52,146 bases of DNA, from positions 1 through 52,146 of the forward strand of contig CAZSTA010000002.1 of NCBI GenBank assembly GCA_964609495.1, in the 5' to 3' direction. The number at the start of each line of letters is the position of its first letter. Position 1 is the first letter of the stretch. Shown here piece after piece: positions 19,793 through 29,686 of the stretch. Both the position numbers and the translations under genes were made by a program. The notes beneath the pieces were generated by a model, which made no database searches, had not been told where the DNA came from, and saw nothing but the letters and a program-made list of their open reading frames with translations. Source of the stretch: an uncultured bacterium (GTDB lineage Bacteria > CAZSTA01).

Positions 19793-19938
19793 TTAAGAAA
19801 CCTCCTTTATTAAAATTGTTGAAACCCTAAAAACGATTTACAAGCTCACCTCCTTCTTAATAATCAATTTTTCAGTATTATATCATATCTCGAGTGGCAA
19901 ATTAAAAATAATGAAAATTATATAGAGGGCGAAGATCT

Positions 19939-20955
19939 TTATACAGATATCCCCTTTAGATTTAGTCTCTCAGCGAAATGACAGCTAGCATAGTGATCAG
20001 TGTCAACCTCTCTTAACTCTGGCTCTTCGCTTTTACAGATATCTTCTGCATATCTACATCGGGGATGAAACACACACCCTGAGGGAGGGTCTATTGGGTC
20101 AGGAGTTTCACCAGCCAAGACCATCCGTCTTGATTTATAAAACGGGTTGGTTCGAGGAATAGCAGATAGGAGTGCTTCGCTATAGGGATGTTTGGGGGCG
20201 ACAAGGAACTCCTCTTTCTCAGCAATCTCTACTAACTTTCCTACATACATCGCCGCTATTCTATCACTAACATATCTAACCACACTCAAGTCATGGGAGA
20301 TAAAAAGATAAGTTAAGCCAAACCTGTTCTGCAAATCCTTCAGTAGGTTAAGGATTTGCGCCTGAATGGAGACATCAAGAGCAGAAACCGGCTCATCAGC
20401 CACAATTAGCTTGGGATTTAGGGTTAGGGCTCTGGCAACGCCTATTCGCTGCCGTTGACCGCCGCTGAAGCTATGAGGATAGCGTCTCAGATGTTCTACC
20501 ATAAGCCCGACCTGGGTTAGCACTTCCTTAACCCGCTCTTCCAACTCTCTACCTCTAGCAATCCCATTAACCAATAACGGTTCTCCGATAATCTCCAATA
20601 CGGTCATCCGCGGATTCAAAGAGGAATACGGGTCTTGAAATATTATCTGCATATGTCGCCTGAAGGATCTTAAAGCTTCTCTGTCCAAGTTGGTGATCGA
20701 AACCATCTGGTCGCTATCTCTAAAGAGTATTTCCCCTCCAGTTGGTTCATAAAGCCGCAGGATGCATCTCCCCAGAGTTGTTTTGCCACAGCCACTCTCA
20801 CCTACCAGTCCTAAGGTCTCACCTTCCTTGATGTAGAGATCGACATCATCTACTGCTTTCACATAACCCTTTATCTTGCGCATAAGACCTCGCTGGACGG
20901 GAAAATATTTTTTGAGCCCTCTAACTTCCAATAATATATTTTGTCCCTCAGCCAT
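19939..20955 (-). CDS. oppF: Oligopeptide/dipeptide ABC ATP-binding protein, OppF/DppF
   Basis: [25 protein letters not shown]-terminal Cys cluster GCVFHPRC. Confidence 0.9.
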   Translation of the reverse strand: MAEGQNILLEVRGLKKYFPVQRGLMRKIKGYVKAVDDVDLYIKEGETLGLVGESGCGKTTLGRCILRLYEPTGGEILFRDSDQMVSITNLDREALRSFRRHMQIIFQDPYSSLNPRMTVLEIIGEPLLVNGIARGRELEERVKEVLTQVGLMVEHLRRYPHSFSGGQRQRIGVARALTLNPKLIVADEPVSALDVSIQAQILNLLKDLQNRFGLTYLFISHDLSVVRYVSDRIAAMYVGKLVEIAEKEEFLVAPKHPYSEALLSAIPRTNPFYKSRRMVLAGETPDPIDPPSGCVFHPRCRYAEDICKSEEPELREVDTDHYASCHFAERLNLKGISV

Positions 20956-21007
20956 AGTCTATCTACCTCATTTTGGTAATTAGCCAGTATTAGCTAAAAA
21001 ACTGACC

Positions 21008-22024
21008 TTATGCTCCGCAATACCTGAAACAACTAACCTTGTGGCCGGGGGCTACCTCAACCAGAGGAGGAGAGGATGTATTACACACCTCGGGGATTAC
21101 TTCCCCACAGCGGGGATGAAAGACACAACCAGAGGGAATCTCATATGGACTGGGAACCACCCCCTTAATAGGAACAAGCTGAGAGAGCTCTCCATCTATT
21201 CTGGGAATAGACCTCCACAAGGCACGGGTATAAGGATGCAACGGCTCACTGAATATCTTTTCTACGCTAGTTTGTTCCACTATATTACCCAGATACATTA
21301 CCGCCACTTCATCTGCGATCTCGGAAACTACGGCTAAATTATGCGTGATATAAATAATTGACATTCCCAACTCCTCTTGTAGCTGTTTTAATAGTTCCAG
21401 GATTTGCGCCTGAATGGTGACATCCAAGGCTGTGGTGGGCTCATCAGCAATAAGTAACTTTGGATTACAAGAGAGTGCCATAGCGATCATCGCTCGCTGA
21501 CGCATACCACCACTGAGTTGATGAGGATAGGCATCTATATGCTCATCAGGTCTGGGTATGCCTACCGTCCCTAAAAGCTCTATCACGTGTTTTCTGGCTT
21601 CCCTTTTACTTATATCTTGATGGAGCAATATTGTCTCCGTAATCTGATTGCCAATGGTATGAAGAGGGCCAAGAGAGGTCATTGGCTCCTGGAAGATCAT
21701 GCTTATCTCTTTTCCCCTGATCTCTTGCATCTTTTTCCCTTGGGGATCTAACTCGACCAGATTAGTAATTTTGGGAGGTGCGTCACCATTCCGCAGGTGA
21801 AGTAGTATATCCCCAGTTACTATCCTACCGGGAGGAGGAACTATGCGCAGGATAGATTGAGACGTAACTGACTTACCGCATCCGCTTTCCCCGATTATTC
21901 CCAGTATCATCCCCTGTTTAATATCAAAACTTACCCCATCTACTGCTCTTAATATGCCTTCGTCAAGGAAAAAGTAAGTCTTAAGATTCTTTACCTCTAA
22001 AAGCAAATTATTTTGTTGCGCCAT
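21008..22024 (-). CDS. oppD: Oligopeptide/dipeptide ABC ATP-binding protein, OppD/DppD
   Basis: GESGCGKS, IFQEPMTSL, LSGGMRQR, HPYTRAL. Confidence 0.9.
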   Translation of the reverse strand: MAQQNNLLLEVKNLKTYFFLDEGILRAVDGVSFDIKQGMILGIIGESGCGKSVTSQSILRIVPPPGRIVTGDILLHLRNGDAPPKITNLVELDPQGKKMQEIRGKEISMIFQEPMTSLGPLHTIGNQITETILLHQDISKREARKHVIELLGTVGIPRPDEHIDAYPHQLSGGMRQRAMIAMALSCNPKLLIADEPTTALDVTIQAQILELLKQLQEELGMSIIYITHNLAVVSEIADEVAVMYLGNIVEQTSVEKIFSEPLHPYTRALWRSIPRIDGELSQLVPIKGVVPSPYEIPSGCVFHPRCGEVIPEVCNTSSPPLVEVAPGHKVSCFRYCGA

Positions 22025-22289
22025 CGTGTATCACCTTATCTAATAGTATGCTATTCACTAGGACTTATCCCTTCGACAAATATAACTTCCTTCGTATGAT
22101 CTCTACCAGCAAGACTTTCTGCAAATAGTTATCATCTATATTATTCTGTAGCATCCTTTAATCCTATATAAGTTAATAGAATTAGCTCTAGTCCGACTTA
22201 CAAATAGTCCACTTTATTAAGAGTCGATAATATATATACCGCAATTACTCTATGATCTATCATATCAAGTTGCTACTAAAGCCTATATC

Positions 22290-23153
22290 CTACCCCTTCA
22301 TTCCCGTCAGGGTTATCCCTTGAATGAAATATCTCTGAGCGAAGAAATAAATCACCAGGCAGGGCAGAAGAACGACTAGCGAAGCGGCCATTAATTGATT
22401 CCACTCGGTCGAATATATCCCTCTGAACATCGCCAGTCCTAAAGATAACGGATATTTCTTGCTCTCATTAAGATAAACTAAGGGACCAAAGAAATCATTC
22501 CAAGTCCAGACGAATCTGAAGATTACAATAGCGGTTATAGCGGGCTTGGATAAGGGAAGAATAATATGAGTGAAAATCCTTAAGTAGCCACAGCCATCTA
22601 TGATCGCCGCCTCATCCAAATCCTTTGGGATGGTCATAAAGAACTGCCTTAAGAGAAATATGTAGAAGGGAACTCCAAAGAAAGCAGGAATGATCAGAGG
22701 TTTATAGGTGTTCACCCAACCTAGGAAGGTAAAGACTATGAAGGTAGGGATGATAGTAACCTGAGGCGGAATGAACATAGTGCTGATCATCAAGATGAAG
22801 AAGAAATTCCGCCCAGAGAATTCAAAACGAGCGAATCCGTAAGCTACTAAGCAAGATGATAATACTGAACCGATTATAGTGCTGAAAGTATATATCAAGG
22901 TGTTCTTCAACTGGGGTAGGAAGTTCATACTCTTGAGAGCCTCGGGATAATTCTTCCAAACGAATGGCTCTGGTATCCATTCAGGCGGAAATAGGAATAT
23001 CTGCTCTGAGACCTTAAGCGAACTCGACATCATCCATAGAAAAGGAATCATAAAAAGGATTCCAAAAGCGATGAGGATAATATATAGAAAGGTATTCTTA
23101 ATAATAACTCTCTGCTTTTTAGTCAAACCAGCAGGTTTGCTTCTAACAGCCAC
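22290..23153 (-). CDS. Carbohydrate ABC transporter permease (MalG-like)
   Basis: DEAAIIDGC, WNDFFGPLVYL. Confidence 0.95.
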   Translation of the reverse strand: MAVRSKPAGLTKKQRVIIKNTFLYIILIAFGILFMIPFLWMMSSSLKVSEQIFLFPPEWIPEPFVWKNYPEALKSMNFLPQLKNTLIYTFSTIIGSVLSSCLVAYGFARFEFSGRNFFFILMISTMFIPPQVTIIPTFIVFTFLGWVNTYKPLIIPAFFGVPFYIFLLRQFFMTIPKDLDEAAIIDGCGYLRIFTHIILPLSKPAITAIVIFRFVWTWNDFFGPLVYLNESKKYPLSLGLAMFRGIYSTEWNQLMAASLVVLLPCLVIYFFAQRYFIQGITLTGMKG

Positions 23154-23180
23154 ATCATATCCCCCCTAGAATATTATGAA

Positions 23181-24080
23181 TTATTTCTCCACCTCATAAT
23201 AGACCCAATGAGTTGCGACCTTGAATTGAACAAGAGTTACGATCAGGATTATTATAAATAGAATCCAGGCCATCGCCGAGGCATAGCCCATCCTAAATAG
23301 CATGAAGGCATTTCGGAATAGATATAGCACGTAAAACAGAGTGGAGTCTACTGGCCCTCCTCCAGTTATGATATAGGCTTGGGTGAAGACCTGGAAGGAG
23401 CCGATTATACCCATAATCATATTAAAGAATATAACGGGGGAGATCATAGGAATAGTAACATACCAAAATTTACTCCACCAGGTAGCCCCATCGACCTCAG
23501 CCGCCTCGTATAATTGCTGAGGTATCCCCTGCAGGCCAGCCAAATAGATAACAGTGCCTCCTCCCACTGCCCAAAGGCTCATCAGGATAAGCGCTGGTTT
23601 CGACCACCTAGCATCCACTAACCAGCCGGGTCCCTCCTTGATTCCTATCATATTTAATAGGACATTTATCAATCCGAATTGGGGATTGAAGAGCCACAAC
23701 CATAACATAGATACCGCGACTCCCGAGGTAACCGCTGGGAGATAATAGATGGTTCGAAACCATCTTATTCCAAATAATTTATTATTCAAAAGTATTGAGA
23801 GTATGAGGGCAAATATAACACCCAAAGGAACCGCAAAGGCGGTATAAAAGAGAGTGTTATAAAGAGATTTGGGGAAGAGGGGGTCTTGAAATACAAGCTC
23901 CTTATAGTTCGAAAGACCTACCCATTGGGGAGGGGTAAATAACTCATATTTGGTAAAACTCAAATAGATGGAAGCAAGTACAGGCCCAAGAACAAAGAGC
24001 AAAAATCCTATGAGCCAGGGCGAGATAAATGCATAGCCATAAATAGCCTTTTTCTTCGCCAATCGAGACATCTTCGCCAC
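23181..24080 (-). CDS. Carbohydrate ABC transporter permease (MalF-like)
   Basis: LYEAAEVDGA. Confidence 0.95.
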   Translation of the reverse strand: MAKMSRLAKKKAIYGYAFISPWLIGFLLFVLGPVLASIYLSFTKYELFTPPQWVGLSNYKELVFQDPLFPKSLYNTLFYTAFAVPLGVIFALILSILLNNKLFGIRWFRTIYYLPAVTSGVAVSMLWLWLFNPQFGLINVLLNMIGIKEGPGWLVDARWSKPALILMSLWAVGGGTVIYLAGLQGIPQQLYEAAEVDGATWWSKFWYVTIPMISPVIFFNMIMGIIGSFQVFTQAYIITGGGPVDSTLFYVLYLFRNAFMLFRMGYASAMAWILFIIILIVTLVQFKVATHWVYYEVEK

Positions 24081-24104
24081 TTATATCACCTCATCTAGTT
24101 AAAA

Positions 24105-24142
24105 TTATCGCTGTTAAGGCTGGTAAGCCCCAACAGCGATAA
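24105..24142 (-). terminator. Stem-loop between binding protein and permease genes
   Basis: TTATCGCTGTT...AACAGCGATAA. Confidence 0.6.
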
Positions 24143-24161
24143 ATCACATAAAATTACTCTC

Positions 24162-25412
24162 TTACTTTCCAGCTAGAGCATCGTTGATTCTCCTGGCCGC
24201 CTCATCAGCCGCCTCCTGAGCGGACACTCCACCCAAGATCGCCTTATCGAAGCATTGCTGAGTAGCGTCGGTGACAACGGGATATTTGTCAGTAACAGGA
24301 CGGGCTTTACCAACTTGCATCTGCTCGATCGCTATTACATAAGGATACTTCTGCCACTCCTCGATAGTCTCCGCAACGGACATCCTCACGGCGATACCAT
24401 ATCCCTTCTGAAGCACTCTTACGAAGGGATCGGTGGAGATGTATTGCATCACCTTAGAAGCCGCATCTTTCTGCTTGGTGAGAGACCACATCGAGAAGTG
24501 CCAGCCACCAACTCCACTTACCCTCTTACCCTTCTTGGGATAGGTAGTGTGAGTAACTTCCCACTTGAAGTCAGGATAGGTCTTCTCGTAGGTGCGGAAC
24601 ATAAATGGACCGGTTTGGTTCATCGCGATCATGCCCCCGACAAAAGCACCCTCAGGGCCAGCCTGAATCTGTCCAACCTTAGGAGCGGTGTAGTACTTAT
24701 TGACTAGATCGCTCAGGAACTGAATAGCCTCTACTGATTCAGGCTCGTTGATTCTAGCCTTAGTTACATCCTCATTGACGACGAAGCCATTGTTCGCCCA
24801 GATAAAGGCGGTTAAGATCCACATAACGTACTCGTTACGTCCTAAGGCGAGATCTAATGTATATTGATCGAACTTTCCATCTCCATCCTTATCAACCGTC
24901 AGCTTCTTGGTGATCTCGATCATATCCTCCCAATAGACAGGAGGTTCAACTCCGGCTTCATCGAGTAGAGCAGGATTATAGAAGATAACGTGGGAGTTGG
25001 TCTCGAGACATAGAGCGTATAGTTTGCCCTTCCAAGTCATCTCCTCCAGAGCAGGAGGCCAATAGTCATTCCTAACATCCTCGGGGATATATTCGTCTAA
25101 CTCGGCAAGTAAGCCCTGGCTAGCGTAAGTAGCTACGTTGATCCCATCAACCGCAAAGATATCTGGTAACTGCTTGCCAGCCGCAGAGATCCTGAATTTT
25201 TGCTCCCAGTCGGGAATCCTCTGCCATTCGATCTTAATATCAGGATTATCAGCCTCGAAAGGAGCCCACATCTCCGCATGAACATCATCATATCTGAGAT
25301 CAAAATCATGAGGGGTCCAGATCTTAACTGTGGTCTTAGCGGCAAAAGCCATCGAGGATATTCCAAAGATGGTCAACGTCAAAATTAAGGTTATAATGGT
25401 TCCTTTTCTCAT
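24162..25412 (-). CDS. Carbohydrate ABC transporter solute-binding protein
   Basis: Signal peptide ending AFA, LPDIF, FYNPALLDEAG, DKDGDGKFD loop. Confidence 0.92.
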   Translation of the reverse strand: MRKGTIITLILTLTIFGISSMAFAAKTTVKIWTPHDFDLRYDDVHAEMWAPFEADNPDIKIEWQRIPDWEQKFRISAAGKQLPDIFAVDGINVATYASQGLLAELDEYIPEDVRNDYWPPALEEMTWKGKLYALCLETNSHVIFYNPALLDEAGVEPPVYWEDMIEITKKLTVDKDGDGKFDQYTLDLALGRNEYVMWILTAFIWANNGFVVNEDVTKARINEPESVEAIQFLSDLVNKYYTAPKVGQIQAGPEGAFVGGMIAMNQTGPFMFRTYEKTYPDFKWEVTHTTYPKKGKRVSGVGGWHFSMWSLTKQKDAASKVMQYISTDPFVRVLQKGYGIAVRMSVAETIEEWQKYPYVIAIEQMQVGKARPVTDKYPVVTDATQQCFDKAILGGVSAQEAADEAARRINDALAGK

Positions 25413-25552
25413 TTCTTCTTTCCTCCTTTATAGATTTATTATTTGAACATCCGAACACATCTCATAAGGTTAACTTACTCTCTCTTTGCGAATCACCTCC
25501 TTTATTTGTCATTGATATTAACCTCTGATAATCAGTCTCTATATCCCAGCCA

Positions 25553-25581
25553 ATTATACACTAAAAGAGACATTTTGTCAA
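25553..25581 (-). promoter_or_regulatory. Consensus sigma70 promoter of ABC operon 3
   Basis: TTGACA-17-TATAAT. Confidence 0.8.
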
Positions 25582-25596
25582 TGAAGTTTAAGTCCT

Positions 25597-25795
25597 AGAA
25601 GCATGTAGAATATTGTGCTAGCGGTTTGAACTCCCTTAAACCACCCTCCCCTAACCCCTCCCGTCAAGGGAGGGGAAACTAAAGAGATCGAGCTTATCTC
25701 GATGTTCCCTCACCCTATCCCTCTCCCACAGGGGGAGAGGGGACGTAAGCCTACTTGGATTTAGTGCCATTTCATAGTAACCTATCTATAGCTCC
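25597..25795. mobile_element. MITE copy 1 (degenerate ends) carrying REP-like G/C hairpins
   Basis: About 70-bp core nearly identical to 40795-40865; ends AGAAGCATGTAGAAT and CTATAGCTCC resemble the TIRs of copy 2. Confidence 0.6.
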
Positions 25796-25825
25796 ACCAC
25801 GACCCAAAAGATGAATAGGTCCCGC

Positions 25826-26977
25826 TCAGTATTCGTCAACATCAACAACATCGTAGTAATATGGAGAATCACCAATTGAACTAAAAACGTTCATTGTTGA
25901 GGCATGATCAAGCATCATACAATACTTTAAGGTCTCGAACGTACTATCATCCATCTCACCGCCACCAGCATATGACAGACTCTCCTGGGGTTGGATATAG
26001 CTGTAGTCAATACCAGCACCTGGGGCTCCAAGCTGACTCCCGCTAAATAGGTTCTGGGCAATCTGGCTGCGCTGAATAACAGAAGCCATTTCCCAGATAT
26101 AGCGGAAAAATCCCCAGATGATGCTCATACTACAGTAGAACTGCTTCTCCTCCTGCGAGAGCGTCGGAAAACGCCTCAGAACATCGGTCTTGGTTGACTC
26201 TATAGCCGAGTAGGTCCAATTCAGTTGCTCACCCGTGTTCAACTGGTAGATGAACGCGCTATACTCGAGCAAGGCATCCAGATCTTTGTTCGTCAGAATC
26301 AGGTCATTCGTCTCGTCAAAGGCCAGCACCTGCACATAGCGGTTCATCAATTGGATAAAAAGAGGCAACTCCGAAGCGAGCGTGTCTTTCGTCGCTTTGT
26401 AGAAGGCGACAACAAGCGATTGCCGAATCAGACCGATCTGAATTGGATCTGTTATCTGATACATTTTGTCGCGCGTCTCAGCCAGAGAGCGAGAATCAGT
26501 GATGAATTGCTGAGGATACGTCTGGAACTCCTCGATCAACTGCTCGGTCAATTCCTGACGCTCGAAGTTGCTCAGTGGTTGATTAATGATGAACTGCAAT
26601 ACATCAATGTAAGCGTTAATGTCATTCTGAGTCAGTTGATAGCCGCCAGCCTGAGGAAGCACACGAATAAAATCTATGGGGACAGAGTTGACATCCAGGA
26701 ACCGGAGCGCATCACCACTGATCTGCCAGGAATAGGGGGTAACAATTCCAGAGGTTGCATCCTTGAAGTAGATCATATTACCCTGAGTCCAGTAAGTACC
26801 GACACTTTGAGCGAAAACGTAGCTACCATCCTCCTTCAGTTCCATCTCCCAACCATACTGAGACGCATACCAATGTCCCAACAGCATTCGCGGATCCGCG
26901 GTGATATCAGCCGCGCTAGCGAGCGCGCCAATCAGACAAACAGCTATAAGCGAAAGATAAAGAGATTTCCCGAACAT
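25826..26977 (-). CDS. Secreted hypothetical protein
   Basis: SD GAGGAGG, signal peptide, small beta domain then helical region; no family recognised. Confidence 0.75.
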   Translation of the reverse strand: MFGKSLYLSLIAVCLIGALASAADITADPRMLLGHWYASQYGWEMELKEDGSYVFAQSVGTYWTQGNMIYFKDATSGIVTPYSWQISGDALRFLDVNSVPIDFIRVLPQAGGYQLTQNDINAYIDVLQFIINQPLSNFERQELTEQLIEEFQTYPQQFITDSRSLAETRDKMYQITDPIQIGLIRQSLVVAFYKATKDTLASELPLFIQLMNRYVQVLAFDETNDLILTNKDLDALLEYSAFIYQLNTGEQLNWTYSAIESTKTDVLRRFPTLSQEEKQFYCSMSIIWGFFRYIWEMASVIQRSQIAQNLFSGSQLGAPGAGIDYSYIQPQESLSYAGGGEMDDSTFETLKYCMMLDHASTMNVFSSIGDSPYYYDVVDVDEY

Positions 26978-27350
26978 AACTTTTTCCTCCTCTGTGACTC
27001 GACTTTGACAGATAGTTACTATGGATGGCTATCTGCTAGGGCAGGTGAAGTAGGTGTTATCTCAGCAGATATCTTCTCAGAGAGGGTTTAAATGCGTCTC
27101 CCTCAACTGATCTATCAAAGCTGAGTTTTGTGCCGTTGCATATATTCAAAAAATTAACCCCTAACCTGAGCGATGGCTAGGGGTCTTTAAGTCAGTATTA
27201 CCCAAGCAAAATCATTCACATTCTCTGAATAGTGGGAAACTCGATAAATATCCAGAAAGCTCCAAGCATTCCAACAATTGAGCTAAAGATTGCAATTGGG
27301 CTTAATAGAAGAACATATTTACCCCTTATCCCAAGCTATCTACCCAGTGG

Positions 27351-27845
27351 TTACCGCTTATCCCAATCTCCAAAGACACTATCGAGCTTACTACCAGTAG
27401 CCTTTAAAAAACCCTCCTCCATCGTCGGCTCCTGCTGGCGCCTACTTTCGCTTTCAGTGACGCTAAAGATCTTCTCCAATTTCTGATGAGCCTGCTTTAC
27501 GAAAAGCCTTACTCTCCCCAGGGGAGTCGTATTATCAAAGATAACCATCAAGATAGTGCGACTTCCTACTACTGAAGTATGTATATTCTCCTGTTTGCCC
27601 TCATGAAATAGCAGGGTGAACTCGTTCTCTCCCAGGATTTTAGCCAACTCTCGCGTTGCCGCGAAATTACCAGCCGCTAAAGAGGAGATAGCTATAGAAT
27701 CTATATCAGAGGTATCTCCTTCTGCCGCGATAAGTTGTCCACTGCTATCTATCAAAAGAGTGCACTTGGCTCGGGATTTGGCTATCAATTCCTTAAGGCA
27801 CTTCGATATTAATTTGATCTCATCCTCATATAATACCTTAACCAT
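27351..27845 (-). CDS. mglB: MglB roadblock/LC7 protein (GAP for MglA)
   Basis: SSLAAGNFAATRELAKILGENEFTLLFHEG...VIFDNTTPLGRVRL closely matches myxobacterial MglB. Confidence 0.9.
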   Translation of the reverse strand: MVKVLYEDEIKLISKCLKELIAKSRAKCTLLIDSSGQLIAAEGDTSDIDSIAISSLAAGNFAATRELAKILGENEFTLLFHEGKQENIHTSVVGSRTILMVIFDNTTPLGRVRLFVKQAHQKLEKIFSVTESESRRQQEPTMEEGFLKATGSKLDSVFGDWDKR

Positions 27846-27885
27846 ATTATCTTCTCCACTTATTCCCCAGAATAAACCTGTTATA

Positions 27886-28425
27886 TTAAGGCTTCTCTAT
27901 TTTGATAAGTCCTAGAGAAATAAGTTTATACATTATCCGACAGGTCTCTAGATCGCCATAACCGCTCTCTTTAGCTATCTGTCGAACAGTTCTCTTCCCA
28001 TCTATTAAGGCTAAATTCTTCCACTCCGCCGGTCTCAGACTTACCTCACTGGATCTACCGCCTACCAGGGGGGCAAAACGAGGCACAGCCTCCAAGGAAG
28101 GGATCTCCTTTCTAAGTTCTCTCCACTCGTCTATACGTCTGATTCCAGAGAAGATCAGCCTATCATTCCTCGTGCTTACCGTCCTCTTATCCGTCGAGAT
28201 ATCATTTTCGAACTCAAAATCTCCCTCAAAGAAATCGAATAATCTATAGACCGCCTCCTCCCCCTTGATATCCTCCAGAATGGCGTGAACTATCTCTCCC
28301 TCTATAAAATATATTGATCCTTCTCTCCCATCACTTCTAATAACTAGACGTCCATTACGACGACCGCTGCTTATAAGCTGGATGATATCCGGTAGGCTGA
28401 AATCAGTTAAGGTGCCCGCTAGCAT
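27886..28425 (-). CDS. DUF4388 (PATAN-like) domain protein
   Basis: LAGTLTDFSLPDIIQL...GSIYFIEGEIVHA...GEEAVYRLF...GDFEF; C-terminal helical IDGKRTVRQIA. Confidence 0.85.
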   Translation of the reverse strand: MLAGTLTDFSLPDIIQLISSGRRNGRLVIRSDGREGSIYFIEGEIVHAILEDIKGEEAVYRLFDFFEGDFEFENDISTDKRTVSTRNDRLIFSGIRRIDEWRELRKEIPSLEAVPRFAPLVGGRSSEVSLRPAEWKNLALIDGKRTVRQIAKESGYGDLETCRIMYKLISLGLIKIEKP

Positions 28426-28437
28426 TTTTCACCATCC

Positions 28438-29016
28438 CTATCCTACCTTTCGCAGCACCAACTTGCTTATCGTCTTCAAGGTGCTAAAAACACCGAGCCC
28501 CTCTACCGCTACACTCTCAAAACAAGGAACATTATTAAAGTTCAATTGCTCCTGAAGAAGTTCAATGGGAGCTATATTGGGCAGATCCCTCTTATTGTAT
28601 TGCAAAACTAAAGGAATATTCCGAATATCATCCCTCTGCTGAGTTAAGTTATGCTCTAAATTTCGCATACTAGATAAATTAGCGTCAAGCCTCTCCATTT
28701 GAGAATCGGCTACAAACACTACTCCATCCACACCTTTTAAGATGAGACGTCTACTAGCATCATAGAAATCCTGACCAGGTACCGTATATAGATGAAACCT
28801 GGTCCGAAATCCCTGAATTTTACCTACATCAATGGGTAGAAAATCGAAGAATAGTGTTCTCTCCGTCTCAGTAGCCAAAGATATCATTTTCCCCTTAGAC
28901 TCAGGGGCTATCCTTTTGAAGATATAACGGAGATTACTCGTCTTGCCACTCAAGCCAGGTCCATAATAGACTATCTTACAATTTATCTCTCGGGAAGAGT
29001 AATTTATAAACGCCAT
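28438..29016 (-). CDS. mglA: MglA small Ras-like GTPase
   Basis: FINYSSREINCKIVYYGPGLSGKTS, ERTLFFDF, TVPGQ, NKRD. Confidence 0.95.
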   Translation of the reverse strand: MAFINYSSREINCKIVYYGPGLSGKTSNLRYIFKRIAPESKGKMISLATETERTLFFDFLPIDVGKIQGFRTRFHLYTVPGQDFYDASRRLILKGVDGVVFVADSQMERLDANLSSMRNLEHNLTQQRDDIRNIPLVLQYNKRDLPNIAPIELLQEQLNFNNVPCFESVAVEGLGVFSTLKTISKLVLRKVG

Positions 29017-29067
29017 CTCATACTCCTCATCATCAAAGTTTTAAGTGAGAGAACACTCCTTCGAATA

Positions 29068-29421
29068 TTAAATTGAACTTTCTATCACGTCCTTATTCTT
29101 TCTTATCGTATATCTGATTCGACCCAGATTACTTGTAGCCTCAGCGATAATCGCTAAGATAGCTTCCTCTCCGATAGGAGAAAGAACCATAGGTCCTCCT
29201 TCATATTCTATCATAGCCTGGGTCAAAGGCCCTAAATCGAGTTCCTTACTCATCGCCTCTGGCGAGCCAAGACCGGTAGAGGCAATAGCTCCTAAAAACT
29301 CGATATCCGCCTCATTCTCAGCAGATCCCTCTATAACGAAACCATCTCTTCCCACAATAAGAGCCGCCTTCACTCCTTTGATATCTGTGAAAATTTTTAA
29401 TAGTTCTTCTAAGCTTGGCAT
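29068..29421 (-). CDS. Roadblock/LC7 domain protein
   Basis: GVKAALIVGRDGFVIE...QAMIEYEGG...NLGRIRY; ATG 29421 follows SD GAGGTG. Confidence 0.88.
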   Translation of the reverse strand: MPSLEELLKIFTDIKGVKAALIVGRDGFVIEGSAENEADIEFLGAIASTGLGSPEAMSKELDLGPLTQAMIEYEGGPMVLSPIGEEAILAIIAEATSNLGRIRYTIRKNKDVIESSI

Positions 29422-29539
29422 AATTACACCTCTCAATCCCGACTCTGGCAATCGGCAATAACTGCTCATCCAGCTCTTCGATAATCCTAGCTCCCGCTAC
29501 GCCGAATCGCCCCTTGATTGGAAATCGGATGTCAATTTA

Positions 29540-29568
29540 ACTATATCATATTACAGAGAAAAAGTCAA
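29540..29568 (-). promoter_or_regulatory. Sigma70 promoter of the roadblock-mglA operon
   Basis: TTGACT-17-TATAGT with extended TG. Confidence 0.6.
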
Positions 29569-29686
29569 ATATTTTCTAATTTTGTCGATGTTCTATCTGG
29601 ACGAAAGCTGGCTAAGAAAGCAATCTCAATGAAAAAAGCCCACCTCTGCCTTCGAAAAGGCGAGACAAGTTCAAGTAGGATTAAGA

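Noticed and set aside
26225-27091. 288-aa plus-strand ORF
   Set aside because: Antisense shadow of the 383-aa minus-strand gene, which has the SD and signal peptide
27220-27335. Hydrophobic minus-strand frame after mglB (YVLLLSPIAIFSSIVGMLGAFWIF)
   Set aside because: No start codon or SD ahead of the hydrophobic stretch; cannot be supported as a gene
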